Source of the DNA: an uncultured Thermoplasmata archaeon
GTDB taxonomy: Archaea > Thermoplasmatota > Thermoplasmata > Lutacidiplasmatales > UBA184
Length of the DNA: 64,000 bases
Direction: 5' to 3'
Assembly: GCA_963787975.1 (NCBI GenBank)
Contig: CAWBEU010000007.1
Location: 429,926-493,925, forward strand
Positions 47,123 to 56,720 of this stretch are shown in pieces (positions within the stretch are counted from its first letter, which is position 1; each line of letters begins with the position of its first letter). The notes below the pieces were generated by a model. The model made no database searches. It was not told where the DNA came from and saw only the letters and a list, made by a program, of their open reading frames with translations. The position numbers were made by a program, and so were the translations under genes.

Positions 47123-48769
47123 TCAGAGGGCGTAGTCCCGCGGGAGCGCCTTCAGCTCACGGAAGGTCTCGTTGATGATCGCAAGGAAGTGTTCGATGTC
47201 CTTGTCCGAGTGGGTCGTGGAGAAGGTCAGCCGCTCGTAGTTGTCGGGATGGATGTAGATCCCCCGGTCGAGGAGGAGCTGGTGGTGCCGGAGGTACAGG
47301 TTCCAGTCGATCTGAAGCGACTCGCGGTAGTTGGTAATCTTCTTTCGCCGGGTGAAGAAGAACTGGAGCATCCCCGGCACGGACTGGACCAAGACGGGCA
47401 ACTTGGCGTCCCGGGCCGCTGCTTCGATGCCCTTCTCCATCTTGCCCGTCAGACTGCCGAAACGATGGTAGATCTCGGCGCCGCCGAGCTGAAGGAGCCG
47501 AAGGTTCGCGTACGCGCCGGCCAGAGTGAGCGAGTTCGCAAAGTAGGTGCCGCCGAAGGAAATACGGCCCGGGGCGATCAGGTCCATGTACTCCGCCTTG
47601 CCCGACACGGCGGAGATCGGGACCCCGCCGCCCAGCGCCTTGGCCCAGCAGGAAAGGTCCGGCTGGACGTTGTAGACCCCTTGCGCGCCGCCCGGCGCGA
47701 TACGGAACCCGGTGAACACCTCGTCGAAGATCAGGAGCATGTCGTTCGCGGTCGTGATCTCGCGGAGCTGTTTCAGGTAGTCCGGCGCCGGGGGAATGAT
47801 CCCGGCGTTGGCCATGACGGGCTCCAGTATGACGGCCGCGATCTTGTCCCGATACCGCTTGACCATCCGCTCGAAGGCGGGAACCGAATTGTACGGCGCG
47901 ACCGTAACGTAGTCCGTGATGCCCGGAGGAATCCCGGCGGAGTTCGGTAGGGGACGCGGAAACTCGTCGAGCCCGGCAACGATCGGGGGCGCTTCCGCAC
48001 TGATCAGCGCGTAGTCGTGCTGACCATGGTAATGGCCCTCGAATTTCAGGATCCCATCCTTCCCCGTGACGGCGCGTGCGATCCGAATCGCGTTCATCGT
48101 CGCATCGGACCCGTTCGAGCAGAACGCGACGCGTTCCGCGTTGGGCACGAGTTTCTGGAAGAGCGTAGCGACCTCGATCTCGAGCTCGGTCGGGGAGGCA
48201 AAGTGGAACCCCAACTCCGCCTGTTTCTGGATCGCCTTGACCATCTGAGGATGCGCGTGGCCGTTGATCAGGCACCCGTACGCGAGGTTGAAGTCGAGGT
48301 ACTCGTTCCCGTCCTCGTCCCAGATCCTGGGCCCTTTTCCCTTCGAGATGAACGGGGGACACGGGTCGTACGACGCCACCCGGATCAGGGAACTGGTCGA
48401 GTTCGGGATATGCTTCTTCCCTTCCTCGAACAGTTTCGCGCTCTTCTTGAGTTTCGGAACCAACCGAGCGATCGGGATCGGTAACGGCGCCGGTTCCTCA
48501 GCCGCCGCGGCGGCCGCTTCCTTCTCTTTGGTTTCCTTCGCGTCCCTGGCGTCCTTCGCTTCCTTCGATTCCTTGTGCTCCTTCGGAGCCGGGGTCTCTG
48601 CGGGCGGTGCCGCCGGGGGTTCTACCGCGGCCGGAGGGGTCGCGTTCGCTTCGGCGGTAAGAGAAGGGGGGGCGCGGTCGAGGAGGGAGTCCGGGCTCAG
48701 GATTCGGTCCGCATCGGAGCGCGGAATCGGCGCCGGAGGGGCGATTTCCCGGTCCGACATAGAAAACAC
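47123..48769 (-). CDS. Class-III PLP aminotransferase (glutamate-1-semialdehyde-2,1-aminomutase-like) with a ~95-aa low-complexity N-terminal extension
   Basis: Core GKGPRIWDEDGNEYLDFNLAYGCLINGHAHP...LLIFDEVFTGFRIAPGGAQGVYNVQPDLSCWAKALGGG. The N-terminus is Pro/Ala then Lys/Glu-rich (KEHKESKEAKDARDAKETKEKEAAAAAAEE). Confidence 0.8.
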   Translation of the reverse strand: MFSMSDREIAPPAPIPRSDADRILSPDSLLDRAPPSLTAEANATPPAAVEPPAAPPAETPAPKEHKESKEAKDARDAKETKEKEAAAAAAEEPAPLPIPIARLVPKLKKSAKLFEEGKKHIPNSTSSLIRVASYDPCPPFISKGKGPRIWDEDGNEYLDFNLAYGCLINGHAHPQMVKAIQKQAELGFHFASPTELEIEVATLFQKLVPNAERVAFCSNGSDATMNAIRIARAVTGKDGILKFEGHYHGQHDYALISAEAPPIVAGLDEFPRPLPNSAGIPPGITDYVTVAPYNSVPAFERMVKRYRDKIAAVILEPVMANAGIIPPAPDYLKQLREITTANDMLLIFDEVFTGFRIAPGGAQGVYNVQPDLSCWAKALGGGVPISAVSGKAEYMDLIAPGRISFGGTYFANSLTLAGAYANLRLLQLGGAEIYHRFGSLTGKMEKGIEAAARDAKLPVLVQSVPGMLQFFFTRRKKITNYRESLQIDWNLYLRHHQLLLDRGIYIHPDNYERLTFSTTHSDKDIEHFLAIINETFRELKALPRDYAL

Positions 48770-48800
48770 ATCCTAAGAGGTCCGGGCCAGCCGAATGTCC

Positions 48801-48812
48801 CTATATATAATT
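48801..48812. promoter_or_regulatory. TATA-box-like element (ctatatataatt) about 35-45 nt upstream of the aminotransferase start codon
   Basis: Lies within a ~180-nt AT-rich island (48780..48960). Position is compatible with an archaeal TATA/BRE and a leaderless or short-leader transcript on the minus strand. Confidence 0.4.
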
Positions 48813-48918
48813 GGCGAGCCGAGAGACCTTGATATGCGCTTATACAACCTTAAGCAAGAATAACGTTGGATTGTACATTGTTGATGTAATGCTCGAATTT
48901 GATACTTAACACGGCGAA

Positions 48919-48942
48919 TTTTGAGTGTTCGAACGCTCAAAA
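48919..48942. promoter_or_regulatory. 24-bp near-perfect palindrome ttttgagtgttcgaacgctcaaaa (one mismatch), 3' of the saccharopine-DH-like gene and 5' of the aminotransferase promoter
   Basis: Arms ttttgag(t/c)g around the central ttcgaa, read directly. Candidate operator or terminator hairpin. Confidence 0.4.
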
Positions 48943-48953
48943 GTGCCTTATTC

Positions 48954-50171
48954 TCACTGCCACGCCTTATTGTCGGCGAGTCGGAGCGGCGGTTCCGGAG
49001 GAGATATTCGGGTGACCACGCCGCGGGTCGCGAGCATCGCCCGGAAGGGGGCGGGAGGCATCGAAAGTTCGGGCGGGACAACGCCCTTTCCGACCGCTTT
49101 TCCCTGCGCGATGAGTATCGCGGCGATTGACCCGCAGATTCCCACGGCGATCTCGGTCGCAGCGACTCCCCACTCCGGTTTGGAGCGGAAGGCAGCGTAG
49201 GCGTGACGAGTGACGGGCCCGGAGCCGTCCCGGCCGCGGACCTCCACATCGACGATCTCCCGGTCTTCGACCTTCACACCCTCCGGGTATCCGAGGAGCT
49301 TCTCTCGCTTCAGCAGAGCAAGCAGAACTTCTTTCGGCACCACGGAGTGACCCCGAATATCGAGCGGCCGGTCGGATCCGAGACCGAGCGTCGCGAGCAG
49401 TTGGAGAACGTCGATCCCCGGGCCCCCTTCGCGCCACTCACAATGCCGCAGCCCCTTGGACCGGAAGGACTCGGGAAAGGTCGCGGGCTCGGAGTGGAGG
49501 GTCCGATAGAGGCGGGTCCGGCCGATCGGTTCCGGAAACTCGTACTCCTCTCCCCCGCTCATGGCCGGCATCTCTCGGTAGGCGCCGTTTTCCCAGACCA
49601 TAGCGGGAAGGACCATCTCGTCGAGGAAGGTACTGGGCGACCAGGTGAAGACCACGGGGGGCGCCCCTTGGGTGAAGTCCTTCCAGCCGTCCCGAATCAT
49701 GATCGAATCGACCGTAGCCAAGTCCTCGCACGCGGCGGCCGCGAGGACGTTCGAGATCCCGGGGACTTGCCCCATTCCAGGGACCGCGAGCAGTCCGGCG
49801 GTCCGGAACCGGTCGTGCAGCCCGAGTTGCTTCTTCGTCGTGTGGAACAACCCACCGAAGTCGAGGTATTCCACACCGGCGGCGAGGCACCCTTCCATCA
49901 CATCGAGGTTGAAGTTGTACTGGACCGCGTTGACGCAGACCCGTGCTCCTCGCAACACATCGACGAGCGCGGGCCGGTCGCGGACGTCCACGGTATGCGC
50001 CGTGACTTTCGCACGCCCCGGCGCCTTGCGAACCGCTTCCTCCGCCAATCCGCGATCGAGGTCCGCCACCCGGATATGGTCGAACACGCCACTCTCGGCG
50101 AGGTCCCACACCGCGCACCGTCCGGTGAGCCCCCCACCGCCGAGTACCACCACGTCCACGGAGATTTCCAA
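48954..50171 (-). CDS. Saccharopine dehydrogenase-like NAD(P)-binding protein (second paralog)
   Basis: 405 aa. MEISVDVVVLGGGGLTGRCAV Rossmann start. Homologous throughout to 20540..21745. Confidence 0.8.
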   Translation of the reverse strand: MEISVDVVVLGGGGLTGRCAVWDLAESGVFDHIRVADLDRGLAEEAVRKAPGRAKVTAHTVDVRDRPALVDVLRGARVCVNAVQYNFNLDVMEGCLAAGVEYLDFGGLFHTTKKQLGLHDRFRTAGLLAVPGMGQVPGISNVLAAAACEDLATVDSIMIRDGWKDFTQGAPPVVFTWSPSTFLDEMVLPAMVWENGAYREMPAMSGGEEYEFPEPIGRTRLYRTLHSEPATFPESFRSKGLRHCEWREGGPGIDVLQLLATLGLGSDRPLDIRGHSVVPKEVLLALLKREKLLGYPEGVKVEDREIVDVEVRGRDGSGPVTRHAYAAFRSKPEWGVAATEIAVGICGSIAAILIAQGKAVGKGVVPPELSMPPAPFRAMLATRGVVTRISPPEPPLRLADNKAWQ

Positions 50172-50261
50172 CCCCGGTCCCGCAGCGCGGGAAGGCTATG
50201 AAGCCCCTCGGTTCGGCCGAGTGGCTAGAACCTGGCGGCGGACGGTCGAAGGATTAAGCCC

Positions 50262-50783
50262 GTGCCGGAGCTACGGCCACCCATGGGTTTGCGCAACGTT
50301 CGGGGGGACATCGGGCTCTTTCGGGGGGACGTCGGGTTGCTTCGGGAGGGCCTCTCACTGATCAGTGAATTCGGCCTCCGCTCAACGGAGCGGCTTGCTT
50401 TCGTCGCCGACTTCCTGGAACGCAGCGTCTACGCTCCGAAGTCACTCCGCGGCGCGCCGGGCGGGGTGGGATTCACCCTGTTGAATCCGCCACTCCGCGT
50501 CGGCGCTTTCTCCTGCCTTCGGGTGGCATGGGATGGGGCGTTCCTTCCTCCCGAGCGAGCCTTTGTACTCACCGAAGGCCACGCCACCGAGCGCCCTCTG
50601 GCCGACATCACCCTGTCCCGTCCCATCGAGCTTCGCCCGGGCCAGCGGATCGAGTTCCGCCTCACCGGTATCCCTGCGGATTCCGGCCGCCACCGGGTCC
50701 GCCTCGAGCTGCAGAATATTGCGGTGCCGCCGCTCGTCTGGTTCGAATTCGCCGACACGATCAGCGAGTCCGCCCACCCGTAA
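50262..50783 (+). CDS. Hypothetical protein
   Basis: 173-aa ORF ending 3 nt before the glucosidase ATG. No recognisable motifs. Coding status supported only by position and length. Confidence 0.3.
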   Translation: MPELRPPMGLRNVRGDIGLFRGDVGLLREGLSLISEFGLRSTERLAFVADFLERSVYAPKSLRGAPGGVGFTLLNPPLRVGAFSCLRVAWDGAFLPPERAFVLTEGHATERPLADITLSRPIELRPGQRIEFRLTGIPADSGRHRVRLELQNIAVPPLVWFEFADTISESAHP

Positions 50784-50785
50784 CG

Positions 50786-53014
50786 ATGGCCGATCCGGTC
50801 GATCCCCCCGTCGAACCTTTGCGACGGGTCACCTCCGTTGACAGCCGGGCACCCATTCTGCTCACCGGACTTTCGGCAGCGGCCGTGCTGGGAGCCGCCG
50901 GCGAATCTTCTCTCATCCGCGAAACCCGCGGCGCCGACATGGACTGGGGGGGCGTTTACGGAGAGGGCGTCCGGCTTACTGGGCCGTGGTGGATCCGGTT
51001 CGGAGATCCTCGAGCACCCCGCGGCACGCTCTCCGAGAGCTTGGTCGGGTTGGAATCGTCCCGGACGCGCGTCGTGAGCCACCACGAGGCAGGTCCCTTC
51101 CACTGCGACCAGGAGATCGTGGCGCTGGCAGAACTGCCAGGAGTCGGGCGCCGGTTGACGTTCGCGAACCCCACCGACTCCGCGACCTCCCTCCAAATCG
51201 CGGCGACCTTCCGTCCTGAGCTGGCGCCGGTTCTGATCGAGGGAATCAAACCGTTCGAGTACGAGGTCGTCCGCACTCCCGCGGGGCTCCGGGTCACCGC
51301 GTTCGGTTCCGCATTGGAGTTCGGAACGACCGGTCCGACCACGGGATTCCGGCTGAACGAACAACCGTGGGACGGTCGCCATTACCGTGGCGCGCTCGAC
51401 ACCGTCACCGTCGAGTCGACGATGGCGCTGCCCCCCGGGCAATCGGCGACGGTGTCGTGCGTGATCTGGGGCGGGGTGGAGACCACTGTCCGCACCCATC
51501 CCGAACGAACGTCCCAACTCCTCGGATTCGCGGATCGCTGGGCGGCCACGGCGGATGCCGCCCGGGGGGAATGGACGGCCCGGACCCCCCGGCTCCGGCT
51601 GCCGGATGCGCCAGACCTAGAGCGCGGTTACCTCCTGGCCCGGGACGCGCTCCGTAGTCTCTATTTCGCGCCCGAGCCCGGATTCGTAGGACTCGTGGCC
51701 GGGTATCCATGGTACGCAGCGCTCTGGTGCCGGGACCTCGCGTGGATGCTTCCCGCCGTCCTCTGGCTGGGCGACTCACCCTGGGTGGCGACCTCGCTCC
51801 GGTCCGTGTTCCGATTCCAGGCCCAAGCTCCTCTTCCCGTGCTGGGCGGCGCGGCCGGGGAGCTGCCCATGCAGATCGGACCGGGTCCGATCTTTCTCTA
51901 CGGGACCTCCGATACGACGCTCTACTACCCAGAGCTCTTGCGTCGCTATCTCGCCCATACGGGCGACGAATCGCTGGTCCGGGAGCTGTCGCACCCGCTC
52001 CAGCTCACCGAGCAGTGGGCCCGGAGGAAGACCAACCCGTCGACGGGATTGATCCGCAACGGCGACGAGGGCGCCGGGTTGCAAGAGGCCGCCGCGGAAC
52101 ACGGTCGCGTCCACTACGGCTTCGACGCGTACGACACCACGATCTGGGACTCGACGGACCGGCGTTCCCACGCGGTGGATATCCAGGTGCTCTGGGCCGA
52201 GGCGCTCGCCGCTCTCGGTGAGCTCGCCCCGGTCATGGGGCTGGGGGCCGAGGGCCCTCGTTGGCAGGCGGAGGCACAGAGTCTGCGCGAGACGATCGCG
52301 ACTCGCTACTGGTGGGCGGACGAGAACTATCTCTACGATTCTCTCGCCGAGGATGCCACTCCGGTACGGAAGATTCGGCCGAACGCTCTCCTGGCCGTCG
52401 CCGGGGGTCTGCTTCCGAGGGATCGGGCCACTGCGGCCGTGGATCGCGCGGCACGGGCCGATCTCGCCACCGACTGGGGCTACCGTACCCTCTCGTCTGC
52501 GGATCCAACCTACAATCCCATCTCCTATCACGATGGCCAGGTCTGGCCCATCGCATCCGCGTGGGCGATTGCGGCGGCGTTTGCTGCCGGACAGATCGCG
52601 CGAGCCGTCGACGGCCTGCGTCGCTGGGCTCGGCAGTTAGACCAGGAGGCCGGGATGCTGAACGAGTGCTACCGGGGGGATCGCGCGGAGCCGTTCAATT
52701 CCTGTTTCCTGCTCGGCTTCAGTGTCGCTCCCTTCCTGACGCAGCTTTTCGAGGGTCTGTGGGGGCTACGGCCGCGGGCTCGGGAGCGGGTCCTGTGCGT
52801 GGAACCTCACTTCCCTGCGGACTGGACTCGGGCCACCCTCGAAGGTCTCTCGCTGTTCGGTGGCGAGGTGACCCTGAGGTGGGAGCGCCCCCGATTGACG
52901 GTGGGCTGGCGGGGCGCTGGTTCCCTATCGGTTCAGGGCGGTACCCACACGCTCGAGCTCGCCGATGGGGGTTCCGGGACTCTCGAGTACGGCGCGGCTA
53001 CGAACACGTCTTAA
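50786..53014 (+). CDS. Amylo-alpha-1,6-glucosidase / glycogen-debranching-enzyme-type (alpha/alpha)6-barrel glycoside hydrolase
   Basis: ATG at 50786 (MADPVDPP); the upstream part of track ORF 50528 is junk. GYPWYAALWCRDLAW and YHDGQVWP match GDE_C/glucoamylase-type barrel motifs. Confidence 0.7.
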   Translation: MADPVDPPVEPLRRVTSVDSRAPILLTGLSAAAVLGAAGESSLIRETRGADMDWGGVYGEGVRLTGPWWIRFGDPRAPRGTLSESLVGLESSRTRVVSHHEAGPFHCDQEIVALAELPGVGRRLTFANPTDSATSLQIAATFRPELAPVLIEGIKPFEYEVVRTPAGLRVTAFGSALEFGTTGPTTGFRLNEQPWDGRHYRGALDTVTVESTMALPPGQSATVSCVIWGGVETTVRTHPERTSQLLGFADRWAATADAARGEWTARTPRLRLPDAPDLERGYLLARDALRSLYFAPEPGFVGLVAGYPWYAALWCRDLAWMLPAVLWLGDSPWVATSLRSVFRFQAQAPLPVLGGAAGELPMQIGPGPIFLYGTSDTTLYYPELLRRYLAHTGDESLVRELSHPLQLTEQWARRKTNPSTGLIRNGDEGAGLQEAAAEHGRVHYGFDAYDTTIWDSTDRRSHAVDIQVLWAEALAALGELAPVMGLGAEGPRWQAEAQSLRETIATRYWWADENYLYDSLAEDATPVRKIRPNALLAVAGGLLPRDRATAAVDRAARADLATDWGYRTLSSADPTYNPISYHDGQVWPIASAWAIAAAFAAGQIARAVDGLRRWARQLDQEAGMLNECYRGDRAEPFNSCFLLGFSVAPFLTQLFEGLWGLRPRARERVLCVEPHFPADWTRATLEGLSLFGGEVTLRWERPRLTVGWRGAGSLSVQGGTHTLELADGGSGTLEYGAATNTS

Positions 53015-53027
53015 GGCTGCACCGGCC

Positions 53028-53991
53028 GAGCGCGCCGTGACGGCAGCCATCGAGGTGGAGAACCTCTCCAAGGAGTACGGAACTCTCCATGCGGTAGACG
53101 GAATTAGTTTCCGTGTCCCCGTCGGCGCCGTCTTCGCCTTTCTGGGGCCCAACGGTGCGGGAAAGACCACCACGGTCGAGATCCTCGAGGGGTTGCGCCG
53201 GCGGGGCGGAGGCACGGTCACCGTGCTCGGCCTGGATCCGTGGACCGATGGGCGCCGGCTCCACCCACGGATCGGGGTAATCCCGCAGGAATTCCGTTTC
53301 TTCGACAAGATCACCCCTCGAGAGGCGATCCAGGTACTACGCCGCACTGTTCGACCAGAAGGTCGACGTGGACCGGTTGCTCGAACGGGTGGTGCTCTCC
53401 GACAAGGCGACGGATCGCTTCGAGACCCTCTCCGGGGGTCAGAAGCAGAAACTTGGCCTCGCGCTGGCCTTGGTGAGCAACCCAGAGCTGCTCTTCCTCG
53501 ACGAGCCGACCACGGGGTTGGACCCGCAGGCCCGGCGAGCCATCCGCGACGTGATCCGGTCGCTCCACTCCGAGGGCAAGACAATCTTCCTCACCACACA
53601 CTATCTGGAGGAGGCGGAGCTTCTCGCCGACCAGGTCGCGATCATCCATCACGGTCGCATCATCGCCGACGGAACCTCCAGCGCCATCATCTCGCAGTTT
53701 GGTCACCCACCCCGGCTCCGCCTTGAAGGGTCGGCGGCCCTTGCCGAAATCCTCCGTCGCACGGTGGCCCGACCCGTCACGTTTAACGAAGGCATGATCG
53801 ACGTGGAGATCCGGACCTCCGACGACGTGCTTCCTGTGCTTACCGAGGCCCAGGCGAGTGGACTGCCCTGGTCGAATCCGACCACCGTCCGCGATTCCCT
53901 CGAAGACGTGTTCGTCCGGCTAGTGGGAGAAATGGACGAAGGAGAGGTCCGGGCCCCTCCCCTTCCGGCCGGCCCGGGAAGCGCTCGATGA
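53028..53991 (+). CDS. ABC-2-type exporter ATP-binding protein, with a 1-nt insertion (cag-g-tac) near 53338
   Basis: Walker A GPNGAGKTT in the frame of ORF 52965. Expected AIQYYAALFDQKVDVDRLLERV with signature LSGGQKQKLGLALAL and Walker B LLFLDEPTTGLD in the frame of ORF 53368. Likely GTG start at 53028. Confidence 0.7.
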
Positions 53992-55088
53992 ACCCGCGAC
54001 GGATTGGGGCCGACTTCCGGGTCTTTGCGCTCGGGTTCCTCCGGAACTCGGTCAGCCTGTTCTTCTCGCTCTTCTTCCCGCTCGTGCTCATCGTGATGTT
54101 CGGTGCGATCTATGGCGGACTCGGAACGGCGCACGCGACTCTCTGGGTGGAGGACGAGGACAGCGCGGCGCCCCTCGCCCAGGCTTTCCTCAAGACGCTC
54201 AACGCGACGGGGGACTTGACCCTCAACTTCGTTAGCCCCTCCGTCGGAAACCTCTCGACGTACCTCACGAACCATAGTCTGACCGCGGGGCTCGTAATCC
54301 CCGCGACGTTTTCCCAGCAGATTCAGGCCGGGATGCCGGCCAATCTCACGCTCTACACGGACCCGGTGAGCTCCGGAAACGCGGGAGTAGTCCAAGGCGC
54401 GGTCGGCGCCGCGCTGTTCGCCTTCAACCTTCAGCTCGCGCACGGCACAGTGCTGGCGGGCGTCTCCCAACACAACGTCGGAAGTCCGGTGTTCACGAAC
54501 ATCGACTACCTCGTTCCCGGGCTCATCGGGTTCTCGATTCTGGTGAGCCCCATGTTTGCGATGGTGGACCTGACGGCCACCTACCGGAAGGAGAAGCTGT
54601 TCCGGCAGTTGGCCCTCACGCCTCTCACGAAAGGCGAGTGGCTCACATCGAAGATCGTGTGGTACGTGGGACTGACCTTCGTCTCGGCGGCGTTGATGAT
54701 CGGCGCCGGTGATGGAATCTTCGGCGCCCACGCGACGCTCTCCTGGGGGATGCTGCCCTTCCTCGTCCTCGGACCGTTCTTCTTTGTCTCCCTGGGCATG
54801 CTCGCGGGCTCGCTAACTCGCACGCCGGAGACCGCGGCCATCGTCGGGAACGTGATCAGCTTCCCGATGATGTTCCTCTCAGGCACTTTCTTTCCGGTCT
54901 CCGCGTTCGGCAGCACTCTCCAGACCATCGCGAAGGTCCTTCCCCTGTACTACGTGATCGATGGGTTGAATGCCGTGATGCTGTTCAACAACCCCGTCGA
55001 GGCTCTGCACGATGCGTTGATCGTGGCGGGACTCTCCGTGATCGTGTTCGGCCTCGCCCTCCTCGCCTTCAAGTGGCGGGATGAATAA
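53988..55088 (+). CDS. ABC-2 family transporter permease
   Basis: 366 aa. One N-terminal TM helix, a large extracytoplasmic loop, then 5 TM helices, which is typical ABC-2 topology. ATGA overlap with the ATPase gene. Confidence 0.75.
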   Translation: MNPRRIGADFRVFALGFLRNSVSLFFSLFFPLVLIVMFGAIYGGLGTAHATLWVEDEDSAAPLAQAFLKTLNATGDLTLNFVSPSVGNLSTYLTNHSLTAGLVIPATFSQQIQAGMPANLTLYTDPVSSGNAGVVQGAVGAALFAFNLQLAHGTVLAGVSQHNVGSPVFTNIDYLVPGLIGFSILVSPMFAMVDLTATYRKEKLFRQLALTPLTKGEWLTSKIVWYVGLTFVSAALMIGAGDGIFGAHATLSWGMLPFLVLGPFFFVSLGMLAGSLTRTPETAAIVGNVISFPMMFLSGTFFPVSAFGSTLQTIAKVLPLYYVIDGLNAVMLFNNPVEALHDALIVAGLSVIVFGLALLAFKWRDE

Positions 55089-55638
55089 CGGAGGACCGAT
55101 GGCCGCCACCCCTGCTCGGTCCGTCGACCCATCTCGTTTCCGCCACCTCATGGCCCGCTGGGCTACCGGGGTCTCCGTCGTCACGGCGAGAGAAGACGGA
55201 CGCGATCGCGGACTCACGGTCAACGCGTTCCTCTCCGTGTCGCTCGATCCCCCGCGGGTCCTGGTATCCATCACGACGGACGCGGACGCCTGGCCGTCGA
55301 TTCACCGGTCCGGTACCTTCGCCGTGAACGTCCTAGCCGCTGACCAGAGAGAGATCAGCCAACGATTTGCGAGCCGCGTCCCCCCGGAGGAAAAGTTCGC
55401 CGGCATGGACATTCACCGGGGTACGACCGGCGCGGCCCTCCTCGACGGAACCGTCGCGGTGTTCGAGTGCCGCGTGGAGCAGGAGATCCCCGCGGGGGAC
55501 CACACACTGGTCCTAGGGACCGTCGTGGCGCTGGAAGAAGGAGCCGACTCCTCGCCCCTCCTGTTCTATCGGAGCGGGTACGCCGAGGCGGAGCCGGACG
55601 ACCTGATGCGCCTGCCTCGCGGCTCGGCCCCTCGGTGA
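55081..55638 (+). CDS. Flavin reductase-like FMN-binding split-barrel protein
   Basis: VSVVTAREDGRDRGLTVNAFLSVSLDPPRVLVSI...GMDIHRGTTGAALLDGTVAVFECRV matches the flavin reductase domain. Confidence 0.7.
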   Translation: MNNGGPMAATPARSVDPSRFRHLMARWATGVSVVTAREDGRDRGLTVNAFLSVSLDPPRVLVSITTDADAWPSIHRSGTFAVNVLAADQREISQRFASRVPPEEKFAGMDIHRGTTGAALLDGTVAVFECRVEQEIPAGDHTLVLGTVVALEEGADSSPLLFYRSGYAEAEPDDLMRLPRGSAPR

Positions 55639-55685
55639 CGAGACCAGCAGAGAACTCTTTCAACCCCCCACCCTTGTTCCGGACC

Positions 55686-56657
55686 ATGCCGGACGCATCA
55701 CGGCCGCGCCACGCGCGCGTCGTCATCGTCGGCAGCGGGCCCGCCGGTCTCACGGCGGCCATCTACGCGTCCCGGGCAAGCCTGAAACCGATCGTGGTCG
55801 GGGGGGTACCCGCCGGCGGCCAGCTGATGATCACAACCGACGTGGAGAATTTCCCGGGATTCCCCGAGGGGATCCAGGGACCCGAGCTTGTCGAGCGGAT
55901 TCGGGGGCAGGCGATTCGGTTCGGGACCGAATTCATCGATGACCGGGTGGCGTCGGTGGACTTCAGCCACCGGCCCTTCCGGTTGAAGCTGGGCACCCAG
56001 GGGACGCTGGAAGCGGACAGCGTGATTCTGGCCACCGGCGCCAACGCGCGCTGGCTCAACCTGCCCTCAGAACAGAGGCTCCTGGGTCACGGCGTCTCCG
56101 CGTGCGCCACCTGCGACGGGTTCTTCTTCCGGGGCAAGGAACTCGCCCTCGTCGGCGGCGGCGATTCGGCGATGGAGGAAGCCCTGTTCCTCACCCGATT
56201 CGCCACGCACGTGACCATACTCCATCGCCGCTCCGCTCTCCGGGCCAGCAAGATCATGGCCGACCGCGCCCAGAGGGACCCCAAGATCTCCTTCCGATTC
56301 GATACCGTGGTCGAAGACGTCCTCGGCGACAAGACGGTCGAGGGCGTCCGGATCCGGAACGTCCGTACGGGAGAGTCCGCCGTCTTGTCGGTGCAGGGCC
56401 TCTTTGTGGCGATCGGGTACGACCCCGCCACCGAAATCTTTCGGGGACAGATCGAACTCGAAGGGAACGGGTACGTCAAGACCCATCAAATGACGCGCAC
56501 GTCCGTCGAAGGGATCTTCGCGGCGGGCGACGTGTACGACCACCGGTATCGCCAAGCCGTGTCGGCCGCGGGCTTCGGCTGCATGGCCGCAATCGACGCC
56601 GAGCGCTGGCTGGAAGAGCATGGCTCGCTCGCCGAGAAACCCGCCGCGGGCCGGTGA
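55686..56657 (+). CDS. trxB: Thioredoxin-disulfide reductase
   Basis: ATG at 55686. VVIVGSGPAGLTAAIY FAD motif, redox-active CATCDG, GGGDSAMEEALFL NADPH motif, and GIFAAGDV. Confidence 0.85.
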   Translation: MPDASRPRHARVVIVGSGPAGLTAAIYASRASLKPIVVGGVPAGGQLMITTDVENFPGFPEGIQGPELVERIRGQAIRFGTEFIDDRVASVDFSHRPFRLKLGTQGTLEADSVILATGANARWLNLPSEQRLLGHGVSACATCDGFFFRGKELALVGGGDSAMEEALFLTRFATHVTILHRRSALRASKIMADRAQRDPKISFRFDTVVEDVLGDKTVEGVRIRNVRTGESAVLSVQGLFVAIGYDPATEIFRGQIELEGNGYVKTHQMTRTSVEGIFAAGDVYDHRYRQAVSAAGFGCMAAIDAERWLEEHGSLAEKPAAGR

Positions 56658-56720
56658 TGTAGTTGCCCATCCGTAAAACCCTTTATACCATCCGTACCGG
56701 TGAGACGCCCGAGACGGCGA

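Noticed and set aside
50528-50785. N-terminal 86 codons of track ORF 50528-53014
   Set aside because: Overlaps the upstream hypothetical gene in another frame and is Arg/Pro-rich. The glucosidase most likely starts at the ATG at 50786, 3 nt after the upstream stop.
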